Assembly: GCA_000307935.1 (NCBI GenBank)
Contig: AMWX01000001.1
Location: 244,041 to 308,040, forward strand
DNA: 64,000 bases
DNA from: SAR86 cluster bacterium SAR86E
GTDB taxonomy: Bacteria > Pseudomonadota > Gammaproteobacteria > Magnimaribacterales > D2472
Direction: 5' to 3'
This document shows, piece after piece, positions 9,405 to 19,756 of the stretch. The position numbers and the translations under genes were made by a program. Position 1 is the stretch's first letter. Every line of letters starts with the position of its first letter. The notes beneath the pieces were generated by a model. That model saw nothing but the letters and a program-made list of their open reading frames with translations, did not search any database and was not told the origin of the DNA.

Positions 9405-10183
9405 TATTGCCGAGTTCCTATTCCCTTATTAAGCAAAATTAAGCAGGCGCCACTTAAAGCAGCTATAAAGGCAACAATCATAGCTAAGGCAAAAGGTATT
9501 GAGACATCGCTAACACCAAGCATGCCCTCTCGAAAAGTATTAACAACGTAAAGCATTGGATTAATCATAGAGATATTTTTCCAAAACTCTGGAAGTATAT
9601 TAATAGAGTAAAAAACCCCTCCAAGATAAATTAAAGGAGTCAAAACAAAAGTTGGAATGATGGAAATATCATCAAAGCTGTCTGCAAATATCGCATTAAT
9701 AAAACCCATCAAAGAAAATAAAATGGATGTTAGAAATAAAACACTGATAGTTAGAATAGGATTAGCAATGCTAAAAGATGGGTAAAAGAATAAACTCACA
9801 AAAAAAACAATGATTCCAATTAATACTCCCCTGGAAACTCCACCTAAAACAAAACCAATTAATATTGCCCAATTAGGCATGGGTGAAACTAAAAGCTCCT
9901 CAATTGATTTTTGAAATTTTACTGAATAAAAAGATGAAACAACATTGGCATAAGAATTAGTTATAACTGACATCATAATTAATCCAGGTATCATAAATTG
10001 AATATAATCCAAGCCATCCATTGAACCGATTCTTGGGCCAATCAATGATCCAAAAATAACAAAATATAGTGACATTGTTACTGCAGGAGGTACCAATGTT
10101 TGAACCCAGATTCTTAAATATCGTTTGATCTCTTTTCTAACTAAGGTGATCAATGAGATTACGATTTCATTTTTTCTATTCAT
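9404..10183 (-). CDS. ABC-2 type transporter permease (YadH-like)
   Basis: 259 aa, 6 TM pattern, 2 nt downstream of its ATPase gene. Confidence 0.75.
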   Translation of the reverse strand: MNRKNEIVISLITLVRKEIKRYLRIWVQTLVPPAVTMSLYFVIFGSLIGPRIGSMDGLDYIQFMIPGLIMMSVITNSYANVVSSFYSVKFQKSIEELLVSPMPNWAILIGFVLGGVSRGVLIGIIVFFVSLFFYPSFSIANPILTISVLFLTSILFSLMGFINAIFADSFDDISIIPTFVLTPLIYLGGVFYSINILPEFWKNISMINPMLYVVNTFREGMLGVSDVSIPFALAMIVAFIAALSGACLILLNKGIGTRQ

Positions 10184-10185
10184 GA

Positions 10186-11103
10186 TTAAGATTTTTTAAC
10201 CATCTCTATAAACATTTCTTCAAGTCGGTTTGATTCATTGCGCATTGAGGAAACCTCTATGCCCTGATCAGATAATTTTTTAAATAATGAATTGATTGAT
10301 TGATCTCTTTGAATTGCAACATTCAAAGTAGAAGAGTCTTCAAGATGAATTTCAAATTCATCAATTGATGGGGGTTCATTTAGGCTTTGATTAATATCTA
10401 GAACAAAACCTTGAACATCAAGGCGACTTAAAAGATTTTTCATTGATGTATTTTCAACTAACTCACCATGATCAATGATGGCAATGTTTTTACATAACTG
10501 CTCAGCTTCTTCTAAATAGTGAGTAGTTAATATAATTGTAGTTCCATTATTGTTTATTTCCTTAAGAAACTCCCACATCTCTCTTCTTAGCTCTATATCA
10601 ACTCCAGCAGTTGGCTCATCAAGAATAAGTAGCTTTGGCTCATGAATAAGGGCTTTAGCAATCATCAATCTTCTCTTAAAACCACCAGATAAGGTTCTAG
10701 CTTGGTCATTGCGTTTTTCCCAAAGGCCAAGACGCTTGAGAGTGATTTCAGTTTTAACTTTGGCTTCTTTTAATGGGATGCCATAAAAACCAGCTTGGGT
10801 GGTCACAATATCCATTACTTTTTCAAAGTTATTAAAGTTTATTTCCTGTGAAACAACACCAAGCAATCGTTTTGCCTCTGGAAAATTATCGTCAGTATCA
10901 ATATCAAAAATTTTTACCTTTCCAGCAGTTTTAGTGACAAGTGAGGCAATGATGCCTATGGTTGAAGATTTGCCTGCACCATTTGGCCCAAGTAAAGCAA
11001 AGAAATCGCCTTCTGTGACTGAAAGATTTATTCCTTTAAGTGCAACCACATCTGAGTCATAAGTTTTTTTAAGATCAGTGATCTCTAGAGCAAACTGTGT
11101 CAT
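10186..11103 (-). CDS. ABC-2 type transporter ATP-binding protein (YadG-like)
   Basis: Walker A GPNGAGKSS, signature LSGGFKRR, Walker B LILDEPTAGVD, plus a C-terminal extension. Confidence 0.85.
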   Translation of the reverse strand: MTQFALEITDLKKTYDSDVVALKGINLSVTEGDFFALLGPNGAGKSSTIGIIASLVTKTAGKVKIFDIDTDDNFPEAKRLLGVVSQEINFNNFEKVMDIVTTQAGFYGIPLKEAKVKTEITLKRLGLWEKRNDQARTLSGGFKRRLMIAKALIHEPKLLILDEPTAGVDIELRREMWEFLKEINNNGTTIILTTHYLEEAEQLCKNIAIIDHGELVENTSMKNLLSRLDVQGFVLDINQSLNEPPSIDEFEIHLEDSSTLNVAIQRDQSINSLFKKLSDQGIEVSSMRNESNRLEEMFIEMVKKS

Positions 11104-12485
11104 GCAGCCTCTTCTTCAAATCCATCAACAAATATTGCTAGTAATAAACCAATTAATAGGCCAACCCATGCACTATAAAAAGTAATGAAAAAGGCAATCA
11201 ACAAAGCTGTGGCCATCTCTGAGTTCTTTTTAGGAATTGCCATGGCTACGTAAGCACATGCAAAACCTGTGAGGATCAATGTAAGAGTTAAAGCCATGAC
11301 CATCAAAGGCTGCATCAATGTCACAAATGGGAGTGTGAAATATAGAAATGGGATTCCCATTAAGTAATATGATCCAATGCCATCAAAAATAGATGGCATA
11401 TGCTTATGTCCCTTTTTCCATTGCTCGGCCACAACAACATGAACACCTGTCCATAAAGCGCCTTGAGTTGGGAAGAATGGATTTATTAGAGAAGCTAATA
11501 AGTTTCTAATTCCAACGGATAGATGAGATCTATTTAGATCAATAGGTAATTTTTCATCATCTCGATGCTTTTGAGCATCTTTCAGAACTTCAGTAGCCGT
11601 AACTAAGTCACCAAAAAGTAACATATACCCAATAATTACCAAAGGCAATGCATCTACATACATCTGAAAAGTTGGCAAACCAAGATAAAAAGGAGAGGTT
11701 TTCTCAATCAAACTTACAACTGCAGGAATTTTAAAACCCCATTCGATATTAAAGCTTACTTCACCTAAAAAATATGCAAACAAGCCTGCGATTACAAATC
11801 CTGGCAATAAGCCAAGTGAACCAATGATTTCAAAAAATTTATTTCTCGCAGCAATTTTTTTAAAAGGGTTAGAGAAAGTAGTTATAACGCATAAAACAAT
11901 CGCAACAGTCATAGAGATTGGTTGAGATAGGTAAGCATCAAAATCTTCGTAAAATACTTGGTAGAAAGCAGCAAGAGCAGCCCCAAGAATAATGCCTGCC
12001 TTTAGGCCATTTGGGATTCTTTCGATTAGCAATTTTCCCCAACCAGTTAAACCAAGAATAAGAATTAGGGCAGTAAACTCAAAACACATTGCTGCCATAA
12101 ACTGAAAAGCTTCAGGATTGTAGCGACATACACCATCAACACAAATGTTAGAGCCCTCTGTTGGAACTCCATAGTAACCTGCTGCAGCAAGTGCGCCCAT
12201 TACAATTGGGACTGCTGGGGTAACCCAACCTGGAGCCATAGGCTCTCCAAATAGAAGAGGTCCAGCTGAAATAAATGTTCCAGCTACCATACTCAAAGCA
12301 ACAGCTTCTTCAAAATTGAGTCCAAGCTTCATTGCCAATGGAGCTGCTGCAAAGGCCGTTGCTCCCGATATTACTAAGCCTTGTAAAAATTCAGGAGCCC
12401 TAAATTTAATATGTATAAAGGGAATTCTTAGAGTAAAAGGTCCCCATTTGATTCCGCTGCTTTGTGAAGTATTAATAGTATTCAT
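11100..12485 (-). CDS. Large polytopic membrane protein (about 12 TM, possible transporter), family not recognised
   Basis: 461 aa, Gly/Ala-rich hydrophobic segments throughout. It overlaps both the upstream VWA gene and the downstream ABC ATPase gene by 4 nt. Confidence 0.6.
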   Translation of the reverse strand: MNTINTSQSSGIKWGPFTLRIPFIHIKFRAPEFLQGLVISGATAFAAAPLAMKLGLNFEEAVALSMVAGTFISAGPLLFGEPMAPGWVTPAVPIVMGALAAAGYYGVPTEGSNICVDGVCRYNPEAFQFMAAMCFEFTALILILGLTGWGKLLIERIPNGLKAGIILGAALAAFYQVFYEDFDAYLSQPISMTVAIVLCVITTFSNPFKKIAARNKFFEIIGSLGLLPGFVIAGLFAYFLGEVSFNIEWGFKIPAVVSLIEKTSPFYLGLPTFQMYVDALPLVIIGYMLLFGDLVTATEVLKDAQKHRDDEKLPIDLNRSHLSVGIRNLLASLINPFFPTQGALWTGVHVVVAEQWKKGHKHMPSIFDGIGSYYLMGIPFLYFTLPFVTLMQPLMVMALTLTLILTGFACAYVAMAIPKKNSEMATALLIAFFITFYSAWVGLLIGLLLAIFVDGFEEEAA

Positions 12486-13657
12486 TTTGATAATTCTGAC
12501 ATCCCCTCTTCAAGTCCCTTAAGTGTTAGCGGAAACATTCTATTATCCACTAGTTCTCTAATAATACATAAAGATGAAGTATAGTCCCAGTGATCATCTG
12601 GAACAGGATTGAGCCAGGCAACCCTATCAAAATGTTCACATAATCGCTTGATAGTTGCTCCTCCAGGCTCTTCATTCCAGTGTTCAATGCTACCACCAGC
12701 ATTAGTAATCTCGTATGGAGCCATCGTAGCATCACCAACAAATATTACTTTATAGTCACCGCTATATTTATTTATAATATCTTGAACTAAAAATCTTTCT
12801 TGAGCTCTTCTTCTATTGTCTTCCCATACAGACTCATAAACACAATTATGAAAATAGAAATATTTTAGGTGTTTGAATTCTGTTTTAAGTGCTGAAAAAA
12901 GCTCCTCACATAATTTAATATATGGATCCATTGAACCGCCTACATCAAAAAAGATTAATACTTTTACATGATTAGTTCTTTCAGGAATCATATTAATATC
13001 AAGAATTCCTGCATTTCTTGCAGTAGATTTAATAGTGCCATCCATATCTAATTCCAAGTCTGTGCTTTGTCTGGCAAACTTTCGTAATCGTCTAAGAGCT
13101 ACTTTGATATTTCTTGTTCCTATCTCAACAGAATCATCTAAATTTTGGAATTGTCTTTGCTCCCAAACTTTTACTGCTTTTTTATTTCTCCCTTCACCGC
13201 CGACCCTAACCCCTTCTGGATTATTTCCATTATTTCCAAAAGGCGAGGTTCCATTGGTGCCAATCCATTTATTACCACCCTCATGTCTTTCTTTTTGCTC
13301 TTCAAGTCTTTTTTTGAATTCTTCAAGGAGTTTCTCTAAGCCTCCTAAAGATTGAATCTTTTTTAATTCCTCAGGATCTAATTCTTTTTCAAAAGCTTTG
13401 CGCAACCAATCCTCTGGAATAAGCGCTTCAAAAATATCCTCTAAAGTTTCAATGCCTTTAAAATATATCTCAAAAGCTCTGTCAAATTTATCATAATTTT
13501 TTTCATCTTTTACTAGAACTGTTCGAGCTAGGAAATAAAAATCATCCATATCAGCAAATGCTAGATTTTTTTCAAGCGCACCCAATAAATCAAGTAGCTC
13601 TCTTAAAGTACAAGGCACTCCTGAAGATCGAACTGTATGGAAAAGATTGATTAGCAT
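12482..13657 (-). CDS. VWA domain protein, CoxE-like
   Basis: 391 aa. The C-terminal half has a VWA/MIDAS-like DVGGSM motif (FFDVGGSMDPY). The central linker is Gly/Asn-rich. It directly follows a MoxR-class ATPase, which is the typical pairing. Confidence 0.75.
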   Translation of the reverse strand: MLINLFHTVRSSGVPCTLRELLDLLGALEKNLAFADMDDFYFLARTVLVKDEKNYDKFDRAFEIYFKGIETLEDIFEALIPEDWLRKAFEKELDPEELKKIQSLGGLEKLLEEFKKRLEEQKERHEGGNKWIGTNGTSPFGNNGNNPEGVRVGGEGRNKKAVKVWEQRQFQNLDDSVEIGTRNIKVALRRLRKFARQSTDLELDMDGTIKSTARNAGILDINMIPERTNHVKVLIFFDVGGSMDPYIKLCEELFSALKTEFKHLKYFYFHNCVYESVWEDNRRRAQERFLVQDIINKYSGDYKVIFVGDATMAPYEITNAGGSIEHWNEEPGGATIKRLCEHFDRVAWLNPVPDDHWDYTSSLCIIRELVDNRMFPLTLKGLEEGMSELSK

Positions 13658-14506
13658 TTATTTCGCTTGTTCTCTCCTAGACATGAATGCCAGCCTTTCG
13701 AGCAGCTGGACATCTTGTTCATTTTTAAGCAACGCACCATATAAAGGGGGTATTGCCTTTGAAGTATCGGCATTCTTTAAGATTTCATCTGGTAGCTCGT
13801 CGGACATCAAAAGCTTTAACCAATCTATTAATTCTGAAGTTGATGGTTTTTTCTTCATGCCTGGAATTTTTCTGACATCAAAAAATAAATCTAATGCATC
13901 TTTGACTAAAGCTTTTTTAATTTTAGGATAATGCACCTTTACAATACCCTCCATAGTCGGCCGATCTGGAAACTGAATGTAGTGAAAGAAACATCTCCTT
14001 AAAAAAGCATCTGGTAATTCTTTTTCATTATTTGAGGTAATAATTATCAAGGGTCTTTTTTTAGCTTTTATAGTTTCTCCAGTTTCGTAACAATAAAACT
14101 CCATGCGATCGAGCTCTTGCAATAAGTCATTTGGGAATTCAATATCTGCTTTATCAATTTCATCAATCAGTAATACAACTTGTTTATCTGATTCAAAAGC
14201 CTCCCATAGCTTGCCCTTCTTAATGTAATTTTTAATATCTTTTACTCTTTCATCACCCAGCTGAGAATCTCTAAGCCTTGTTACCGCATCATATTCATAT
14301 AGCCCCTGAGAAGCTTTCGTGGTTGATTTAACATGCCATTCAATTAGCTCCATCCCTAAAGATTCAGCAACTTCGATTGCTAACAATGTTTTACCTGTTC
14401 CGGGCTCGCCTTTAATAATTAAAGGTCTCTCTAGAGCTATAGTTGCATTAACAGCCATACTGAGATCTTCAGTAGACACATAGTTTTTTGTACCAGTAAA
14501 TTTCAT
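13658..14506 (-). CDS. MoxR-class AAA+ ATPase (CoxD/CbbQ/NorQ-like)
   Basis: Walker A GEPGTGKT, Walker B LLIDEIDKA, 282 aa single AAA module. Confidence 0.85.
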   Translation of the reverse strand: MKFTGTKNYVSTEDLSMAVNATIALERPLIIKGEPGTGKTLLAIEVAESLGMELIEWHVKSTTKASQGLYEYDAVTRLRDSQLGDERVKDIKNYIKKGKLWEAFESDKQVVLLIDEIDKADIEFPNDLLQELDRMEFYCYETGETIKAKKRPLIIITSNNEKELPDAFLRRCFFHYIQFPDRPTMEGIVKVHYPKIKKALVKDALDLFFDVRKIPGMKKKPSTSELIDWLKLLMSDELPDEILKNADTSKAIPPLYGALLKNEQDVQLLERLAFMSRREQAK

Positions 14507-14521
14507 TTGGTTTCCTTTTGA

Positions 14522-15364
14522 TTATGAAGAAATTTTTTCTTCAGATTTTAAAATTTTTGCGAGCTGCCTGCTAGTGGCAACTAAATTACCATTCATGTCC
14601 CATATATTACAATCTTGCTCAAAATATCCATTACTAATGTCTTTTGCAAGCCCATCAATAAATAATTGGTTTGTTTGTGGTAGCTGACGAATATTGCATG
14701 TTAGTGTAAGTGTTGGCACCCAACCCAATGGCCCATACTTATTTTGGACAACTGGCGGCAATATATCTGCAAGATATGAAAGCACAAATGTATCCGCCAC
14801 TCCTCCTTGCAACTCAAGGTAAGCAGAGCATCTAGCTTCAGCCATATTATTAGAGATCTCTCTGTCCCACCATGCATGATCTGGATGGACGGACATATCT
14901 AATTGCTGAATAAATGAAGGGGTTGAACCTAATTTAAAATTCTCATAGTTCATTATTTTAAAATCTTCTTTTGGAAAAGAATCCATTATTTGTGGCAATG
15001 GGGTTGAAAGACCAGAATAACCTTTCATGTACTCAAAGTCAGAACATAATGCTGATAGCAAACATGTTAATTTTTTATTCTGAATCAATTTAACTTGACC
15101 CATCGAGGTTCCTCTCGATGTTCGGATTACTTCTACATGCAATTCAGCTTGCTCCGGTTCAGTTCTATCTAAGTAGTATATGTTTGAATTAATTACGCAT
15201 GGATGCGGGAAAACAGATGTTATGGCTTTATTCATTAATGCAAGGAGATATCCACCATGGGGAGTGTTGCCAACAAAATACTTCTGATTAGGCATAAAGG
15301 AGAAAACCATGTCTGAGACTCTTGTTAGCTGTAAAGCAGCATGAAATTGTTCAAATTGGTTCAT
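14522..15364 (-). CDS. Acyl-CoA thioesterase-like protein (double hot-dog, TesB-like)
   Basis: 280 aa. The N-terminal PHGGYLLAL motif and the length fit the thioesterase-like superfamily, from memory only. Confidence 0.55.
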   Translation of the reverse strand: MNQFEQFHAALQLTRVSDMVFSFMPNQKYFVGNTPHGGYLLALMNKAITSVFPHPCVINSNIYYLDRTEPEQAELHVEVIRTSRGTSMGQVKLIQNKKLTCLLSALCSDFEYMKGYSGLSTPLPQIMDSFPKEDFKIMNYENFKLGSTPSFIQQLDMSVHPDHAWWDREISNNMAEARCSAYLELQGGVADTFVLSYLADILPPVVQNKYGPLGWVPTLTLTCNIRQLPQTNQLFIDGLAKDISNGYFEQDCNIWDMNGNLVATSRQLAKILKSEEKISS

Positions 15365-15409
15365 ATTGATAGATAATTACATCATTATTGTAATTGATAG
15401 AAAGTAAAA

Positions 15410-16195
15410 ATGGCTGGATTTATAGATATTGCGTGTAATTTTACTCATGAGTCTTTTAAAGATAATTTAGACGAAATAATCTTTAATGCTGAGCTTGAAG
15501 GTGTTGAAAAATTTGTCTTGCTTTGCGCTAGTTTGGCTGATCTAGAGCCCATCCAAATAATACAAAATAAACATCCTGAAAAATATTTTATTTCTGCGGG
15601 CATACACCCTCATCACGCCAATGAAATCCTTGAAACTAATTATGAAGATCTACTTGCTAAATTAAAATCCACTACACCAAATGCTATTGGAGAAACAGGA
15701 TTAGATTACTTTAGAAATATTTCTCCGCCTGAGATTCAGCGGAAATCCTTCAACATGCATATAGAAATAGCAAAAGTGCTGAACTTACCTCTATATTTGC
15801 ACCAAAGAGATTCTCATAAAGATTTCGTTGACATTATTAAACATAATATCAATAACATTCCTAAATTTGTGGTGCATTGCTTTACAGGCACTCAAGATGA
15901 ATTAGATGATTATCTTGATTTGGGTGCTTACATTGGGCTTACTGGATGGATCTGTGATGCAAAAAGAAACATCGATTTACGCAAATCAATTAAAAATATT
16001 CCCATTGATAGAATGATGATTGAAACTGACTGCCCATATCTTATTCCCAAGAATCTTCCCATTAAACCAAAAAAAAATATTAACGAGCCTAAATATCTTC
16101 CTCATATAGCCAATGAAATAGCTGAGCTTAAAGGAATTGAAATAGAAGAATTGAAAATAGCAACGCGAGAGAATGCTATCAAATTTTTTAGCTAA
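15410..16195 (+). CDS. tatD: TatD-family metal-dependent hydrolase/DNase
   Basis: Motifs GIHPHH, GETGLDY, HCFTG and ETDCPYL. Confidence 0.85.
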   Translation: MAGFIDIACNFTHESFKDNLDEIIFNAELEGVEKFVLLCASLADLEPIQIIQNKHPEKYFISAGIHPHHANEILETNYEDLLAKLKSTTPNAIGETGLDYFRNISPPEIQRKSFNMHIEIAKVLNLPLYLHQRDSHKDFVDIIKHNINNIPKFVVHCFTGTQDELDDYLDLGAYIGLTGWICDAKRNIDLRKSIKNIPIDRMMIETDCPYLIPKNLPIKPKKNINEPKYLPHIANEIAELKGIEIEELKIATRENAIKFFS

Positions 16196-17294
16196 AACAT
16201 GACCTATCAAGATCATACTTGCTGCAAATCTCCTCATTATTTTCTCCAGCTTTAACTGAAGAATGTCTGATCTGTGCAGTTGTATCAGAGAATCTAGGCG
16301 CAGGAGCTGGTTGTATCACTCCGTCAACATCAATGAATGAATTTCTAGCTTTCATATGATGATGCTTTGGTGCCTCGGATAAACTCAATACTGGCGCAAC
16401 ACATGCATCGGATCCATCAAAAATATTTGCCCATTCGTCACGAGATTTTTTCTTAATCTTTTCTGCGATAATCACTTTTAATTCAGGCCATAATTCTTTG
16501 TTATGCTGATCTTGAAATTTTGGATCTATGATTTCTAACTTCTCTAAAAGTACTGAATAAAATTGTGGTTCAATTGAACCAACTGCAAGAAACTTTTTAT
16601 CAGCACATTCATAGGTGTCATAAAAATGCGCAGCTCCATCTAGCAAATTAGACTCTCTTTCCTCTGACCAAAAACCAGAAGCTTTGAATGCATAAAACAT
16701 TGACATTAAAACTGAAGCCCCATCTACCATTGCAGCATCAACAACTTGACCTTTTCCACCTTGTTTAATATTCAGCAAAGCAGCAACTATTCCTAAAGCC
16801 AGAAACATTCCACCCCCACCAAAATCTCCAACTAAATTTAATGGAGGCGGCGGTGTCTGATCCTTCCTTCCCATGGACTCGAGCGCACCAGTTAATGCAA
16901 TATAATTTATGTCGTGTCCGGCAGTTTTAGCTAGCGGGCCCACTTGTCCCCAGCCGGTCATCCTTCCATAAACTAGATTGGGATTCTCATTAAAGCATTC
17001 ATCAGGACCCAGTCCCAAGCGCTCCATAACACCCGGCCTAAAGCCTTCAATCAAACCGTCTACGTTTTTAAGAAGCTTTTTAATTTCTTTAACAGTTTTT
17101 GGATTTTTTAAGTCTGCAGTTAATGATGATTTAGATCTATGTTGAAAATCAATTGTATTGCCATGACCATGCTGAGAAGACCTATCAATTCGAATAACTT
17201 CAGCACCCAAATCAGCCAAAATCATTCCGCAAAATGGACCAGGACCTATGCCAGCAAATTCCACAAGAGTAATTCCGTTTAAAGGTCCTGCCAT
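16188..17294 (-). CDS. Family III CoA-transferase (CaiB/BaiF; alpha-methylacyl-CoA racemase-like)
   Basis: The N-terminus GPLNGITLVEFAGIGPGPFCGMILADLGAEVIRIDR is characteristic of the family. Confidence 0.85.
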   Translation of the reverse strand: MAGPLNGITLVEFAGIGPGPFCGMILADLGAEVIRIDRSSQHGHGNTIDFQHRSKSSLTADLKNPKTVKEIKKLLKNVDGLIEGFRPGVMERLGLGPDECFNENPNLVYGRMTGWGQVGPLAKTAGHDINYIALTGALESMGRKDQTPPPPLNLVGDFGGGGMFLALGIVAALLNIKQGGKGQVVDAAMVDGASVLMSMFYAFKASGFWSEERESNLLDGAAHFYDTYECADKKFLAVGSIEPQFYSVLLEKLEIIDPKFQDQHNKELWPELKVIIAEKIKKKSRDEWANIFDGSDACVAPVLSLSEAPKHHHMKARNSFIDVDGVIQPAPAPRFSDTTAQIRHSSVKAGENNEEICSKYDLDRSCFS

Positions 17295-17297
17295 GTG

Positions 17298-19754
17298 TTA
17301 CTCCTGAGTTGAAAAAGCATTAGAAAATTTTAAAAGAAATGGTAACAAAGTTAACGATGCGAAAAAAGAAATCATCAATGCAAAAGCGGTGAATAAACCA
17401 AAGAGAACAGTTGGAGTAAAGCTTGATAAAGCAAAAATTGAAAATCCTGCAGCTATGGTTGTTGCTGTATAAAAAACAGCTCTTCCAACTGAATCATGAG
17501 AGTTTAAGACTCTCTGATCATTTGTAATATTAATGTTTGCCGCTTCAGTCTTATATCTATATAGATAGTGAATAGTATTATCTACCGCCATGCCAACACT
17601 AATTGCAGCTACAGTAATTGTCATAATATCCAAAGGAATGTTTAAAATGCCTAAGAATCCAAGAACAGAGCCAGCTGTAATTAGATTAGGAGTAAGCGCT
17701 ATTAAGGTTATCTTTATTGATTTAAAAATGATTAACAACATCAGGCCAATAGCCGCAAAAACTAACCCCAAAGATTTAATTTGCGATGAGAACAAAGATT
17801 GAAGCATATTGTTATATAAAACAGCTAATCCAGTTACTTTAAATTGATCAGACTCTAGATTAAATTTATCAACCAGATCGAAGTTAATTTTTTCCAACAA
17901 TTCTTTCCTATTTAATGTTTGAGCAGATTCTAGGACTCTTGCAGAAATTCTTACTTTTGAGTCATCTTGATTAATGTATGAGTAGAGTAAAGTTTCTTTT
18001 ATGTCTTCTGGAAGTACAGATCTTAGTAAAGCCAACTCAAGGTCATTTAGATCATTATCATCATTAATCATTCTTGCTAATTTAATACCACTGGCCACAC
18101 TTAAGACTTTTCCCATTTCTGGAATATCATCTAAGTAGTCATGTATAACTTCAAGCTTAGCTAGAGATGTTGCATTCCACCAATAACCAGAAGCATTACT
18201 GGAATCATCCTCAAATAGATCATCTTCAAATAAATCATCGCCATCAAAACTGAGATCATCATTAGGATCTTCAGAGGGTTGATCAATCAAAATATCCAAT
18301 GTTGCAGTGCCGCCTAGCTCTTGATCAAGTTTTAACATGCCCTGATATATCTCTGTTTCAGGTGAAAAATAATCTATAAATCTGTTTTCGACCTCCAATT
18401 TAGAGATTCCATAAATCATTAAGATAGATAATATTGCAAATAATGATAGGATTTTCATACCTTGATTTATAGTGAACCGACCTAGTGCTGTTGGTATTTC
18501 ATCGATAAACTTTAACGAATAAGTGTTAGTTGATTTAATAACTAACTTCATAGCACTTGGTAAAAATGTAAAGGTGAATATAAATGCAAAGATCATCCCT
18601 ACAGACATCATTTTTCCAAACTCTATAACAGGTTTAATATCTCCCATTATGAGAGATAAAAAAGCAATGGCTGTAGTTAATGCAGCAAATAAACATGGCA
18701 TAACCATCTGATTCAGTGCTTGCTCAATAGCCTCATCTACGGAATCTGTTTTTTTGGAAATTTCCGTAAATCTAACTAAAACATGAACAGTTAATGAAAT
18801 TGTGAGTATTAAAAGCAAAGCAATAAAATTGGATGAGATGACGCTTATTTTCCAATCCATGAGACCAAGAATGCTGGCAGTGAATGCGGTAGTTACAAAA
18901 GCATTGCTAATAGGTAATACAACAAACCAGAAGCTTTGAAAAAATAAATAAAGCATCAAACAAAAAACAATAGCTACGCCCATACCAAAAATAGCCAGAT
19001 CAGATTTAATAAAGCTCATCATGTCAGTAGCTATCATAGATGCCCCGCCTAAAAACAAAGTTCCTGCAGCATCATATTTTCTTAATAACTGCCTTATTTG
19101 AGAAATTAATTCAGCTCTTTCGGCTGCCTCTTCATCATTTATTTGAGAGATTTGTCTGTTAATTTGATTTAACTCTTTTTGTTGGCTATCTAATAAATTT
19201 GGAATTTCAAGGAGGTTATATCTCTGATCTATCAGGTCCCTATATAATTTATTTTCATCAAGTGTTACCTGCATTGCTGTAGTATTCCCAGATGGACTTA
19301 TTATCAGCTCAGAATAGACAGGGTTATTAATAATTTCTGTCTTTGCAGCATTTAAGTCAACTCCCTCAGTTTCAAGCGTCTTAAGACTATCCATTAAGTC
19401 TGCAAGGGGAACCTTTGGTTGAAAAAATATTGGCGCGTCCAATATAGTTAAAACAGATTGAACACCAGCAAAGGTTTCTATGGTTTCACCAATATTTTTA
19501 ATTGTTGAAAGTGATTCTGCAGAGAATAAGTCTGAGAATGGGGTAAAGGTAATAATTAAAAAATCTGAATTACCAAAAATTTTTCCTGTTTCCCTGTAAA
19601 TTTTGAATGCTTCATCTCCCTCAATAACCAATGCGTCTGAAGATGCGTCTAACTTGAAATTCTTCAAACCAAATGAGGTTGCTAAAAAAATTATAACGAT
19701 GCAAAACATCACTTTAGATGGACTATTAAGAATAAATCTAAATATTTTATGCAT
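17298..19754 (-). CDS. RND-superfamily exporter (MMPL/SSD-type, COG1033-like)
   Basis: 818 aa with two repeats, each a soluble loop followed by a 5-6 TM bundle. An acidic insert lies in the second loop. Confidence 0.7.
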   Translation of the reverse strand: MHKIFRFILNSPSKVMFCIVIIFLATSFGLKNFKLDASSDALVIEGDEAFKIYRETGKIFGNSDFLIITFTPFSDLFSAESLSTIKNIGETIETFAGVQSVLTILDAPIFFQPKVPLADLMDSLKTLETEGVDLNAAKTEIINNPVYSELIISPSGNTTAMQVTLDENKLYRDLIDQRYNLLEIPNLLDSQQKELNQINRQISQINDEEAAERAELISQIRQLLRKYDAAGTLFLGGASMIATDMMSFIKSDLAIFGMGVAIVFCLMLYLFFQSFWFVVLPISNAFVTTAFTASILGLMDWKISVISSNFIALLLILTISLTVHVLVRFTEISKKTDSVDEAIEQALNQMVMPCLFAALTTAIAFLSLIMGDIKPVIEFGKMMSVGMIFAFIFTFTFLPSAMKLVIKSTNTYSLKFIDEIPTALGRFTINQGMKILSLFAILSILMIYGISKLEVENRFIDYFSPETEIYQGMLKLDQELGGTATLDILIDQPSEDPNDDLSFDGDDLFEDDLFEDDSSNASGYWWNATSLAKLEVIHDYLDDIPEMGKVLSVASGIKLARMINDDNDLNDLELALLRSVLPEDIKETLLYSYINQDDSKVRISARVLESAQTLNRKELLEKINFDLVDKFNLESDQFKVTGLAVLYNNMLQSLFSSQIKSLGLVFAAIGLMLLIIFKSIKITLIALTPNLITAGSVLGFLGILNIPLDIMTITVAAISVGMAVDNTIHYLYRYKTEAANINITNDQRVLNSHDSVGRAVFYTATTIAAGFSIFALSSFTPTVLFGLFTAFALMISFFASLTLLPFLLKFSNAFSTQE

Positions 19755-19756
19755 AT

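Noticed and set aside
12550-12741. Same-strand out-of-frame ORFs nested in real genes (12550-12741, 28564-28755, 38375-38599, 40744-40983, 48977-49288, 59861-60076)
   Set aside because: Each is fully contained in a longer motif-supported CDS and has no independent signal.
11100-14506. Reading the AAA+/VWA module as an anti-phage defence system
   Set aside because: No nuclease, protease, TIR/SIR2 or other effector domain is present, and there are no neighbouring defence or mobile genes. The ATPase has the MoxR/CoxD chaperone-type signature, so a maturation role is more parsimonious.
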